Below are positions 1 to 8,421 of a stretch of 60,208 nucleotides of DNA, in pieces. How positions within the stretch are numbered: the stretch's first letter is position 1; every line of letters begins with the position of its first letter. The notes under the pieces were generated by a model. The model was not told the DNA's origin. It did not search any database and saw only the letters and a list, made by a program, of their open reading frames with translations. Both the position numbers and the translations under genes were made by a program. Origin of the DNA: a virus (taxonomy: Duplodnaviria > Caudoviricetes); the IMG/VR virus record IMGVR_UViG_3300046374_000002, positions 1-60,208 of that record; one strand, 5' to 3'.

Positions 1-11
1 CCGCATCGCGG
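1..11. repeat. terminal direct repeat CCGCATCGCGG (left copy); candidate cos end
   Basis: Identical 11-mer at 1..11 and 60198..60208; GC-rich and near-palindromic; lambda GpA-type terminase present. Confidence 0.75.
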
Positions 12-408
12 CGAGCTCCCGTCAAAAATTTTGGAAGAACCTGAAAATATTTTGTTAGGGGATGCCCCTCCTAACCTAACATAATTAAATAGTGTTGCCT
101 CCCAACAGCTAACACCTAACAAATAACTAACCACTAACATACAACTAACAATCACAGCTAACATAACTAACTCCTCTCTACTAACAAACTACTAACAACA
201 CTACTAACAACCTACTAACATTCACCTAACAATTAACTAGCAACCCACACCTCACCCTGCTGCTCTCCTTCCCCTGCCCACCCTTTCCACCAGCACCTAT
301 AGTCATATCCATAATACCTATGTCTCCCTCTATAATTCCTCTTGGCCCATTCCCAATAGCCGTACCTTGCCTTATAAACTAACGGAACATCTATCGCGTG
401 ATGTGTAA

Positions 409-696
409 TCATAGGGGTGTAGGAGTAGGGGGAGGGGGAGGGGGAGGGAGGGTAGCCATGACCATACTAGGATGGCTAATAGTAGTAGCACATAGCCTAT
501 CACTATTATTCTCTGTCCATAGTTCTTGTCTAAATGTTAGCCATGCTCTATCTATTCCATCACGCCTAACACCTGCACTATATCCCTCGACAAATGCCCA
601 ATGCATCATACTATCTATCTTCTGTCTTACTAGCTCGTGCATTATTATCATCCTTCCATTCTCCTCTTCTCTTGCCATACATAAGATCATTAACAT
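409..696 (-). CDS. hypothetical protein with Pro-rich C-terminus
   Basis: ORF on the coding strand; no recognised motif. Confidence 0.4.
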   Translation of the reverse strand: MLMILCMAREEENGRMIIMHELVRQKIDSMMHWAFVEGYSAGVRRDGIDRAWLTFRQELWTENNSDRLCATTISHPSMVMATLPPPPPPPTPTPL

Positions 697-831
697 TAAC
701 CATTAGTCCTCTCTTTTTTAGCCATAGTGTACATGCCAAGTTAACCTGTGCAGCTAGTCCGTCACTACTCGATGCTCTCCTCACCCCACAGGTTCCGATT
801 CCTTTTCTGCTAACAATTCCTTTTCCCATAC

Positions 832-1095
832 TCATAAAATAGGTTCTTCATTCCTATCACGTGTACTATCTGCTTCATCATTCCAAAATGCAACTCCCTT
901 CCTAAACTTTAGATAGGTTTCTAGTCCTAACTTATATGCTAGGTCTGATATCATTTCATCTGTATAGGAAGTATTCCAAGCCTTAGTCATACATAGCCCG
1001 CATAACGCGGAACTAACAAATTGACCTAACAATTCAAAGTCTTCGAAGTTGTCAGCATCTATCAATTCTACTTTCTTTCTTTTGAATATTTTCAT
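832..1095 (-). CDS. hypothetical protein
   Basis: 87 aa ORF; its ATG lies inside the palindrome copy at 1092. Confidence 0.6.
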   Translation of the reverse strand: MKIFKRKKVELIDADNFEDFELLGQFVSSALCGLCMTKAWNTSYTDEMISDLAYKLGLETYLKFRKGVAFWNDEADSTRDRNEEPIL

Positions 1096-1105
1096 AACGT
1101 TATGA
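1092..1105. repeat. dispersed palindrome TCATAACGTTATGA, copy 1
   Basis: Exact 14-mer; contains the ATG of ORF 832..1095. Confidence 0.95.
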
Positions 1106-1130
1106 TTTCACTTGAGACAGTGTTATGATT

Positions 1131-1310
1131 TAATCTCCATGTCATGGGCATTATCCTTTCTCATCTTATACGCGCGTTAGCAAAATGTGACCTATTCTCA
1201 TCCCCATCTCTTTTATATATATATACTATATAATAACACTATATATACTCTCTAATTACAATATCAGTCTAAGGAAGGAGATAGGTCACACGTCCATAAT
1301 ATGGAGATTA
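1131..1310. other. candidate replication origin: nested inverted repeats around an AT-rich core
   Basis: TAATCTCCAT (1131) / ATGGAGATTA (1301) and TGTGACCTAT (1186) / ATAGGTCACA (1281) flank (TA)n-rich DNA just downstream of the primase and helicase genes. Confidence 0.45.
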
Positions 1311-1325
1311 TTAGTATAATCATAG

Positions 1326-2891
1326 TCAATTTCCTGAAGAATGTGTCCCTAGCCTTTCAGAATGTAACCTCCTAATCTTAGAATTTTGGGATAATAGCCA
1401 GAAGCCATAGTCAGAAAGTGTCACACCTTTATAACAATATGGCCTACCGTGCTTTCTAGTGTGAACTCTATATTCTGAAAGTGTCGGGAATGATTTCTTA
1501 ACTAACCTAAAAAACGTATCATAACTAAACCTAACTGATTCGTTTTTCTCCCTACAAAAACAGTTGAAAACCTGCCAGATTTCAGCTTTCGGCAAAGACT
1601 GATGGGTCGCATTCTCTATACACTGCTCAAAGAATAGCCCGATTATGTTATTACTAACCTTGAATGATTGCATAGCTTTTTGACTAACTAACGATCCCTT
1701 AGACAATTCAATCTTAGCACATAGCTTTTTTAACCTCCTGACTAGATAGCTAATTATTCCATCCTTTTGTTCTAATAGCTTTTCGCGCAACATTAGGTCC
1801 ATGTTGTCTTCAGTGAATTTGATAGTGAATGGTATAATCCGTACTCTCCTATCATCCGCGTCTGTTCCATACTTAAACATAGGCTGATGATTCGAACTAC
1901 TAATTAGCTTGACGTTAGTTTGCATAGTAAAACCCTCCATATACAAACGTGCGGTATCGAAAGGTTCGCCACTAACTATTGACTTGAAATTAGAGTTATC
2001 CTCTATCACTCTATTCTCTGTTTCAGTCGAAATGTTAATCAACTTACCTGCTAGTCTCCATAGATGCTTACCATTATCAGCACCACAAATCTGATGTAAT
2101 CGAAGCGCACTCCTAGTTTCCTCACCAAATGCACTAGCAATAGCTTCAGTTAACACACTCTTTCCGTTGCTACCATTTCCTATACAAAATAATGCACACT
2201 GAAATCTACTATCTGGCAGCAAAGCACTAGTACAAAAGTCTAAAAATAGTACTCTATCTTCCTTTCTAGGTAGTACTTCGCACAAGGTCTGCTTGAAATC
2301 CTCGTCATTAGTACCATCATTATTCTCTCTATCTTCATAATAGCACCCAGAAAGGCTAGTAGTGAACATATAATCCGGGCTATGTTCCAACTTTCTAACT
2401 ACTTTTCCACTCTCATTATCAATTTGTAGTACACAATTAGGGAAGTTTAGCAGGTATGACCCGGATGATTTCATAACGTTACTATTTAATGCCCACACAA
2501 ATGACTCCCCTTCCCTCAATTGACGTTGAGCTTCGATTGTTCGCAGAACATCTTCGGCTCTTCTATGATTTCTATTTTCAGGTAGTTGAACTTCCCATGC
2601 AATAGGTAGGTAATTATTTCTATCACCTAACTTCCATTTACATCCATCGAATACATACCACTTATTACCTATACATTTGATAGGTTTACCTATCTTTTTC
2701 TCTACTTCTGCGGCTAGTCTTGCAGCAGTCGATGCACCTCCTATCTCACTCACTCTCTGTTTTGCATGTTCAGTAGTTAACCTAACTTTTCGTTTGTTAG
2801 TACGTCGCTCTTGTCGCGGAGATATAAAATCTTCCGCGAATATGTTAGTATGATTAACCTTACCATTGCCGCTTACGTCTTTCATAGACAT
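1326..2891 (-). CDS. D5/P4-family primase-associated SF3 helicase
   Basis: D5_N-like LLNFPNCVL; Walker A GNGSNGKS; KSIVSGEP; SSNHQP; RRVRIIPF. Likely start is 2885 (ATGA overlap with the primase stop). Confidence 0.9.
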   Translation of the reverse strand: MSMKDVSGNGKVNHTNIFAEDFISPRQERRTNKRKVRLTTEHAKQRVSEIGGASTAARLAAEVEKKIGKPIKCIGNKWYVFDGCKWKLGDRNNYLPIAWEVQLPENRNHRRAEDVLRTIEAQRQLREGESFVWALNSNVMKSSGSYLLNFPNCVLQIDNESGKVVRKLEHSPDYMFTTSLSGCYYEDRENNDGTNDEDFKQTLCEVLPRKEDRVLFLDFCTSALLPDSRFQCALFCIGNGSNGKSVLTEAIASAFGEETRSALRLHQICGADNGKHLWRLAGKLINISTETENRVIEDNSNFKSIVSGEPFDTARLYMEGFTMQTNVKLISSSNHQPMFKYGTDADDRRVRIIPFTIKFTEDNMDLMLREKLLEQKDGIISYLVRRLKKLCAKIELSKGSLVSQKAMQSFKVSNNIIGLFFEQCIENATHQSLPKAEIWQVFNCFCREKNESVRFSYDTFFRLVKKSFPTLSEYRVHTRKHGRPYCYKGVTLSDYGFWLLSQNSKIRRLHSERLGTHSSGN

Positions 2892-3811
2892 TCACTTCTT
2901 ACATAAGCAATTTGATTAACTAACTTATCATAGTTGAAATAGACTATATCTTGTCTATTTCCATTTTTATAATTGATGCCATCGGGCATCCTAACATATT
3001 GATTTACATTATAAGCAGTTTTGTCTGCTCCGATCTCTGTTGCCCTTCTACTAAATGTAACGCATCTATGTTCGCTGTTACCATAAGCAGTGAACCAACC
3101 GTGTAGTGATTTACTACCACTCCATACTATCATTATTAGTCTAAACATAGGATTAGTCTTCTCTAAATATGCTAACATGTTCCATTGTTCATCGATGGTA
3201 CAACAATCGAATTCGACAACCATATATAATCTCTCGCCCATGTCTAGTTCGATCTTTGATCGAGGATCACAAATATAGTTAGGAACTATATATTGCATCT
3301 TCCAAATTTCATTTAACCATACACTCCCTCTCCTAATGATAGCAGGTTTTTTCATGTCAATACATGCTGCTATATAGAAGTCAATGCCAGCAAATAGGTA
3401 GCTAAATTTAAACCTATCAACTCCACTATTTTTAGCTAATAATCCTTCTCCTTTGCGTATAGCTTCTCTCTGCTTTCTAATGTTAACTGGCAATCGAGGA
3501 CATCGATTATCGCGCCTACTAGTACTATCATCTAATCCAACCCAAGACATAGGATCTATCCATTTACTAACTTTTGCGTGAGGGTGGTGGACGCTGCTAA
3601 TAAAACCTGGATTTTCAACTAGAAAATCATAGGCTCCAAAGACAGCATTAGTTATTTCTTCTTCAATGTTCTGAGTAGTTCTACCACTCACTTTGGTTAA
3701 TTCGACTAACTTAATTATCGCATCCGATGTGCTAAGTCCTTGCATGAGTAGTTCGCGACTCTCACGCAATAGCCATCTATGCAAGCCCTCTCCTTCTTTG
3801 GGAACACGCAT
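2882..3811 (-). CDS. AEP-superfamily primase (Prim-pol-like)
   Basis: YMVVEFD, SGSKSLHGWF and GAD...VRMPDG motifs; adjacent to the D5 helicase. Confidence 0.75.
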   Translation of the reverse strand: MRVPKEGEGLHRWLLRESRELLMQGLSTSDAIIKLVELTKVSGRTTQNIEEEITNAVFGAYDFLVENPGFISSVHHPHAKVSKWIDPMSWVGLDDSTSRRDNRCPRLPVNIRKQREAIRKGEGLLAKNSGVDRFKFSYLFAGIDFYIAACIDMKKPAIIRRGSVWLNEIWKMQYIVPNYICDPRSKIELDMGERLYMVVEFDCCTIDEQWNMLAYLEKTNPMFRLIMIVWSGSKSLHGWFTAYGNSEHRCVTFSRRATEIGADKTAYNVNQYVRMPDGINYKNGNRQDIVYFNYDKLVNQIAYVRSECL

Positions 3812-3828
3812 ACACTAACACTATTATT

Positions 3829-3842
3829 TCATAACGTTATGA
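3829..3842. repeat. dispersed palindrome, copy 2
   Basis: Exact 14-mer between the promoter and the primase start. Confidence 0.95.
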
Positions 3843-3888
3843 TTGTCTGGGAGTGTTAGCTAGTCACCCAACTAACTAGCACTATACT

Positions 3889-3917
3889 AATATAGCATAC
3901 TATAGGCGATTTGTCCA
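3889..3917 (-). promoter_or_regulatory. sigma70-type promoter for primase/helicase
   Basis: TGGACA-N17-TATATT with extended -10 TG. Confidence 0.6.
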
Positions 3918-3965
3918 ATTCTAAATAACGTCCACAAAAAGTGTTAGGATTATGACAATCAAAAC

Positions 3966-4013
3966 AAAAAAAAAGATCCGCAGCCAGCAGCATGTTGCTG
4001 CTAGCTACGGACC
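3966..4013 (-). terminator. rho-independent terminator ending the early operon
   Basis: GGTCCGTAGCTAGCAGCA / TGCTGCTGGCTGCGGATC stem followed by T9. Confidence 0.85.
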
Positions 4014-4021
4014 CATTATGT

Positions 4022-4177
4022 TTAGTTGATCGATTTAAGAACTTCGATATTGTTCGAAATTCTTTTCCTATAGTCATAGGAGAATAGTTTCTTTGTGTTC
4101 CCTTCTCTAATTAGAAAGAGAATATCCTCTAAAAGTGAGGAAGTAGAATGAACTATGTCTCGTTCAATTTTCTTCAT
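4022..4177 (-). CDS. small hypothetical protein (51 aa, MKKIERDIVH...), not in the ORF track
   Basis: Manually translated; AACT-rich leader; stops just before the terminator. Confidence 0.55.
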   Translation of the reverse strand: MKKIERDIVHSTSSLLEDILFLIREGNTKKLFSYDYRKRISNNIEVLKSIN

Positions 4178-4186
4178 TTGTTTTAG

Positions 4187-4384
4187 TTAGTTAAACCATC
4201 TAACATTATTCTTACTATCTCTTGTCCATTGCTTAGGATGCCATTGCCTACACTTCTTGACATAGTTATGGAATCCTACATCTCTAAATATTAGCCATTG
4301 CATTATCCGCGACTTAATAGACACAGTGTCTCTTATATAAGAGTGAAAGTTAGTACCACTTACCGGATAGACATTACTTTTCAT
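4187..4384 (-). CDS. hypothetical protein
   Basis: 65 aa ORF with AACTAACTAAAACGAA leader. Confidence 0.6.
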   Translation of the reverse strand: MKSNVYPVSGTNFHSYIRDTVSIKSRIMQWLIFRDVGFHNYVKKCRQWHPKQWTRDSKNNVRWFN

Positions 4385-4419
4385 TTCGTTTTAGTTAGTT
4401 TCAATTGACTATCATAGTC

Positions 4420-4478
4420 AACTGATTACTAGTAGGCTAGGAGGATTGAACTCCTAGCCAATTACCAGTGTATCAGTT
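4420..4478 (-). ncRNA. intergenic hairpin, class I (YUGAU-ANN-CURG...CYAG-YA-AUCAG) with UUCAAUC loop
   Basis: AACTGATACACTGGTA..GGCTAGGAG TTCAATC CTCCTAGCC TACTAGTAATCAGTT. Confidence 0.55.
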
Positions 4479-4487
4479 AGCTAAAGC

Positions 4488-5141
4488 TTAGGCTGCTTGC
4501 TTCAGAACTTGCAGCTTAGTAGCTTCAATTGCTTTCTTACCTTCCTGCTTTTGAGTGTAGGCTCGGAACCACTTGTTAGTGAAACTGTTAGTTTCGTCAA
4601 CCAACTGCTTTGCAGTCAGTTCATTGTTAGCAACTAGGTAATCTTCCGCTCTACCTTGCCATGCTGTAAGAACTTCTCTGACAAAGTTCTCAAAGCTATA
4701 GTTAATGCTTACTGCGGCAGGCTTACGATTACCATTCGGCCTAGCCTTACTCTCTTTCTTAGTATCCCGCAACTGCTTACCAGTTGGCTTGCTAGTCTTA
4801 CTCTGCTTCTTAGCAGCTTTCAACTTTTCCCTAGCTTCACCTTCTGTTTTAGGTAGTTCCTTTTCAGAAGCACCAGCTTCCTTCATAGACTTAACTACCT
4901 TGGCGGCATCCATTAATTGATAACCACGACCGCGGGTTATATTCCATTTCTCAGTACAATACGCTTCGAACGTATCATGTGTTCCACGATATAACTTATT
5001 GTCGCGAATTGTTATTAGTGCTTCACCAACTGCTAGAAAGGTTTTCAAGCCTTGCTTAATAGTTGCTTCACATTTGATTAACAATCCCTTTTCGTTAACA
5101 GTTAATTTTCCGACTACAGGTTTAACAGTAATGGTTTTCAT
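4488..5141 (-). CDS. conserved phage protein (DUF3102-like helical domain, basic C-terminal half)
   Basis: VGEALITIRDNKLYRGTHDTFEAYCTEKWNITRGRGYQLMDAA is a common phage motif. Confidence 0.7.
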   Translation of the reverse strand: MKTITVKPVVGKLTVNEKGLLIKCEATIKQGLKTFLAVGEALITIRDNKLYRGTHDTFEAYCTEKWNITRGRGYQLMDAAKVVKSMKEAGASEKELPKTEGEAREKLKAAKKQSKTSKPTGKQLRDTKKESKARPNGNRKPAAVSINYSFENFVREVLTAWQGRAEDYLVANNELTAKQLVDETNSFTNKWFRAYTQKQEGKKAIEATKLQVLKQAA

Positions 5142-5195
5142 AGTTAGTTAGTTAGCTATAGCATTATGCTATAGTCAGTAGGTTTTCAAGCTACT

Positions 5196-5230
5196 GAATC
5201 CTCTGCTAGCATTTAACTAGCAGAGACTTC
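5196..5230 (-). ncRNA. intergenic hairpin, class II (GAAGUCUCUG...CAGAGGAUUC)
   Basis: Outer 10+10 nt identical to the copy at 7551..7584; inner stem differs but still pairs. Confidence 0.55.
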
Positions 5231-5231
5231 A

Positions 5232-5579
5232 TTAGCTAAGAGATTGTATCTTCTCTTTGAGCACATTTATTTGTCCTAGCTTTGCCCTTGCTAGCTTCTT
5301 ATCCATTCCTAGTACGCCATTCTTAGTGGCAACACTCCGAAATACCCTAGCTTCCTTGTCTAAAGCTGACAGAAGCAAGCTAACATCGTCTTCAGATATG
5401 TCAGTTTGCGACCCATTGCTAGCACCATTGCTAACGTCCGCCAGTACTTCCACCTCTTCAACTGGTGCCCATACTAGCTTTTGAAACTTCGAATCATAGC
5501 TTCGAAGCATAGCTTTCACTCCCACTAGTCGATAGGTTTGGTCTTTGTATTTCGCCTTGATTTCGCCTTGTGTATTCAT
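5232..5579 (-). CDS. hypothetical protein
   Basis: 115 aa ORF with AACT leader. Confidence 0.7.
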   Translation of the reverse strand: MNTQGEIKAKYKDQTYRLVGVKAMLRSYDSKFQKLVWAPVEEVEVLADVSNGASNGSQTDISEDDVSLLLSALDKEARVFRSVATKNGVLGMDKKLARAKLGQINVLKEKIQSLS

Positions 5580-5618
5580 AGTTATTAGTTAGTTTGTTTC
5601 AAGTTAGCATTATTGCGA

Positions 5619-5672
5619 ACTGATTGCTGGCTATGAAATCATAACGTTATGATCCATAACCAGACTATCAGT
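5619..5672 (-). ncRNA. intergenic hairpin, class I, capped by the dispersed palindrome
   Basis: ACTGATAGTCTGG...CCAGCAATCAGT. Confidence 0.5.
5639..5652. repeat. dispersed palindrome, copy 3
   Basis: Exact 14-mer within atgaaaTCATAACGTTATGAt. Confidence 0.95.
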
Positions 5673-5678
5673 CAACTG

Positions 5679-5993
5679 TTAGTTCAAGCTGAGTCTAAGA
5701 TTGACTGTCACTTTAACAGCAGCAAAGATAGGTTGAACTACCTTTTCCCCTGTCTCTCTGTTCTCAGCATGAAAGCAATCATACACTAGAAATATAGTCG
5801 TGCAGTGTCCATCTACCTTTTCACTCAGTATAACCGGATCAAAGTTGATAGACGTTGCATCGACAAATGCGTCAAGAGCCAATTTCTTAGTATCTGGCTG
5901 CAATGACATAGATAGATAATCTTCCCACCTTTCGTTCCTAGCAATTACGATTCCATTTTCGAAAACTTCAGTACAGATTTGATATGTTTGCAT
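5679..5993 (-). CDS. hypothetical protein
   Basis: The track start (6020) falls inside the hammerhead CUGAUGA core; the ATG at 5993 follows the (AACT)3 leader. Confidence 0.65.
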   Translation of the reverse strand: MQTYQICTEVFENGIVIARNERWEDYLSMSLQPDTKKLALDAFVDATSINFDPVILSEKVDGHCTTIFLVYDCFHAENRETGEKVVQPIFAAVKVTVNLRLSLN

Positions 5994-6012
5994 TAGATAG
6001 TTAGTTAGTTTT

Positions 6013-6071
6013 TGAATCATCAGTTAGTGTCTTACACTAATATGCTAGGGTTTGAACCTAGCATTTCATCA
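6013..6071 (-). ncRNA. type II hammerhead ribozyme (downstream of ardC)
   Basis: TGAT-GAAA-TGCTAGG(TTCAAAC)CCTAGCA-TA-TTAGTGT(AAG)ACACTAA-CTGATGA-TTCA; full core; AUA cleavage triplet; stem II short with a U-U closing pair. Confidence 0.75.
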
Positions 6072-6947
6072 TTTGTCATCATCATCAAGCTTGCCTAAGA
6101 TATAGCTTGCAGCCTTTTCCGCACGACTAGCGCAAGTGACTACTGCTTTGGCATCACTAGCTAGGAATTGCTTCCAATGGCTAATGTAGCTTGCAGCATT
6201 CTTGATAGTAGGCTTGCTAATTCCAGCAACTTCGCAGAGAAATGCACTAGCAAACTCCGCAACTAGTTCTTCTCTAGAGTATTTCTCTTTCTCCATAGTA
6301 GTTCCTAGTTCCCTTGCTAATCTGGATTCATGTCCTGTACTATGTGCCAGCTCATGGAACAATGTTGAATAGTAAGCTTCCGAAGTCTTGAACTGCTTGA
6401 CTCCGTTTATACATACTTCATCCTTTGCAGGATAATAGTAAGCATAGGGTTTATTGCTAGGCTTAATTGCTGGCTTGTTAGGCATGTTCTTGACTATCAA
6501 GTTAGGTTTAACCATTTCTCGATTGCCATTATCCTTTTCCTCCAACCTAACATGTTCCAAGTTCTCACATTGTGTAACATTGAACACATTATAGTAACGT
6601 AGGATTGCCCTAGTAGTTTTTTCATTTGTAGCCTTGTCGATACTCTCAACTTTGCTCCAGAATGTGATCATACTAGCTTTTTCGCCTTTCCTAACATTAC
6701 CGCCAAGCTCTTTAGCTTGGTTGAATGTTAGGTAGTAAGGACTAGGGAATTTCTGCCACAGTAGCCAGCGATTAATTCCGCTGTACTCTCGATTGCTAAT
6801 CAAGTTTCTAGGCATAGCACCTTGTTCACCCTCTAAATAGGGTTGTTGCCAAGGGATAGTGCCATTATCTAACATCTCACAGATTCGATCTGTGATGATT
6901 TGGTAGACGTTTACTCGATCATTGCTATTTTGATTATATGTTGTCAT
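6069..6947 (-). CDS. ardC: ArdC-family antirestriction / ssDNA-binding protein with zincin-like domain
   Basis: PWQQP, YSGIN, YLTFNQA, VRKGEK, YNVFNVTQ, FHELAHSTGH..RL.R, YSREELVAE, ASYISHW motifs. Confidence 0.92.
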   Translation of the reverse strand: MTTYNQNSNDRVNVYQIITDRICEMLDNGTIPWQQPYLEGEQGAMPRNLISNREYSGINRWLLWQKFPSPYYLTFNQAKELGGNVRKGEKASMITFWSKVESIDKATNEKTTRAILRYYNVFNVTQCENLEHVRLEEKDNGNREMVKPNLIVKNMPNKPAIKPSNKPYAYYYPAKDEVCINGVKQFKTSEAYYSTLFHELAHSTGHESRLARELGTTMEKEKYSREELVAEFASAFLCEVAGISKPTIKNAASYISHWKQFLASDAKAVVTCASRAEKAASYILGKLDDDDK

Positions 6948-6977
6948 AGTTAGTTAGTTAGTTTGTTCTGATAAGTT

Positions 6978-7036
6978 AGGCTCATCAGTACTGCTATTAG
7001 CAGTAGATACTAGGGATAGAACCTAGTATTTCGCCT
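6978..7036 (-). ncRNA. type II hammerhead ribozyme (upstream of ardC)
   Basis: AGGC-GAAA-TACTAGG(TTCTATC)CCTAGTA-TC-TACTGC(TAATA)GCAGTA-CTGATGA-GCCT; all core nucleotides and three stems intact; AUC cleavage triplet. Confidence 0.92.
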
Positions 7037-7242
7037 TATGCTTTCAAGATGTCTGTTTCCATATTCATGGCATCGCGAATAGGCTCAAGCCTATTCATAA
7101 CATCTTTAACTTGTACAGTTGGATCATTCCAGAATTTGGAAGATTGTAGATAGGAAATAAGCTCAAGCATAGCAGCTTGCGCTTTCTCGTTATACTCTCT
7201 AGCTTCCAGTTTGATCTCTTGAAGTTTGGTAATATAGTTCAT
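7036..7242 (-). CDS. hypothetical protein
   Basis: 68 aa ORF with (AACT)n leader. Confidence 0.7.
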   Translation of the reverse strand: MNYITKLQEIKLEAREYNEKAQAAMLELISYLQSSKFWNDPTVQVKDVMNRLEPIRDAMNMETDILKA

Positions 7243-7274
7243 AGTTAGTTAGTTTCTTTTTCAGCATTTAGTAA

Positions 7275-7313
7275 GCTGATTACTAGCCTTTCGTAAAAGG
7301 CTAGGATATCAAC
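7275..7313 (-). ncRNA. intergenic hairpin, class I
   Basis: GTTGATATCCTAGCCTTT(TACG)AAAGGCTAGTAATCAGC. Confidence 0.55.
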
Positions 7314-7510
7314 TAGGAAGTATAACGAAGCTTTGCGGCATCATATACTTTCCACCAACCAGCATCTAGCCAGAAAGCTAATTCTTCCGAATCCATATCG
7401 GATAGGAAGTACATTATCAAGCCTAAGCTATAGGCTCTTTCAGCTTCCGTTGAGAAGCTTTTCTTTGTCCACGTTAGAAGATGGTTGTAAGAGAATTTAT
7501 CGAGTAGCAT
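7313..7510 (-). CDS. hypothetical protein
   Basis: 65 aa ORF with (AACT)n leader. Confidence 0.65.
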   Translation of the reverse strand: MLLDKFSYNHLLTWTKKSFSTEAERAYSLGLIMYFLSDMDSEELAFWLDAGWWKVYDAAKLRYTS

Positions 7511-7550
7511 ATAAGATAGTTAGTTAGTTAGTTTCTGTGAATCATTCACA

Positions 7551-7584
7551 GAATCCTCTGATCTATTGCTAGATCAGAGACTTC
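7551..7584 (-). ncRNA. intergenic hairpin, class II
   Basis: GAAGTCTCTGATCTA(GCAA)TAGATCAGAGGATTC; GNRA loop. Confidence 0.55.
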
Positions 7585-7606
7585 GATTAATGATCGATTG
7601 TTAGTG

Positions 7607-8011
7607 TTAGAGATTAGCTAATACTTTTGCTGCACTACCTCTAGACTCGATTAGCTTTCGAGCTTCGATTCGAAATTCGTTAAGATTCCGACCAGTACAG
7701 TTTTTAATATGTCTAACGATATCGCTAGACTTTACATTGTGGTTAACATAGCTTGCTACTGACTTCGCAAATTGTGTCACACTTCTATTTCCGCGTGAAC
7801 AATTGCACCTATGACAGCAGGTTACTAAGTTGCTAGTATCGTTGTTACCACCCTTTGATATAGGAGTGATATGGTCGATAGTTAGCTTCGCGCCATTTTC
7901 TGCGGAATCTCCGCAGTAGGCACATGATAAACCGTCTCGCAAGTAAATTGCTAGCCGCGTTGTCTGTCGCAACCAGTTCATACCTTGCCAGTTCTCTTGT
8001 CTTTTAGTCAT
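7607..8011 (-). CDS. HNH endonuclease
   Basis: RDGLSCAYCG...TIDHITPISKGG.N...NLVTCCHRCN. Confidence 0.9.
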   Translation of the reverse strand: MTKRQENWQGMNWLRQTTRLAIYLRDGLSCAYCGDSAENGAKLTIDHITPISKGGNNDTSNLVTCCHRCNCSRGNRSVTQFAKSVASYVNHNVKSSDIVRHIKNCTGRNLNEFRIEARKLIESRGSAAKVLANL

Positions 8012-8390
8012 AGTTAGTTAGTAGCGATTAGCTACTTAGAATAGACTTGCTTACCCTTGAATCTTCAATGCTTATAGCAATCGTCTGTAAAAAGATTCTT
8101 GATGGTCCGACTAGTCTACTCTAAGTAGCTAGCATCCTAAGATGCTAGCGACCAACTAAACTAAACTAAACTATTTTGTTAGGGGCGAGTAGAGCGCATC
8201 GTTTTTCTTTCGATTGTTGAACTGGCGGCGACTCACTTGCACAAGTGATGCCTATGATCGGTTGACGACCAGCAAACCTAAGATGTTACTTCGGTTCCCC
8301 TTGCAAGCTGTTGGTGAATATATCGACCCTCCTTGCCAGACCCTGATTTTTCCTTCCCTCAGGTTTGGGATTACTGATTTTTTACTACGC
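8012..8390 (-). ncRNA. long structured 5' leader / candidate ncRNA of the early operon
   Basis: About 380 nt with no plausible minus-strand ORF; 19-bp stem 8029..8047 / 8113..8131 plus further hairpins. Confidence 0.4.
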
Positions 8391-8393
8391 TTC

Positions 8394-8421
8394 AATATAC
8401 CACCATAGGGAAGATACGCAA
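8394..8421 (-). promoter_or_regulatory. sigma70-type early promoter
   Basis: TTGCGT-N16-TATATT with extended -10 TG and an A/T-rich upstream tract. Confidence 0.55.

Noticed and set aside
3856-4077. 73-aa ORF
   Set aside because: It runs through a strong terminator and a promoter; the alternative ORF 4022..4177 fits better
4385-7606. Intergenic hairpins as integron attC sites
   Set aside because: They do not consistently show RYYYAAC/GTTRRRY boxes, no integron integrase is encoded, and two of the gaps are clearly hammerheads
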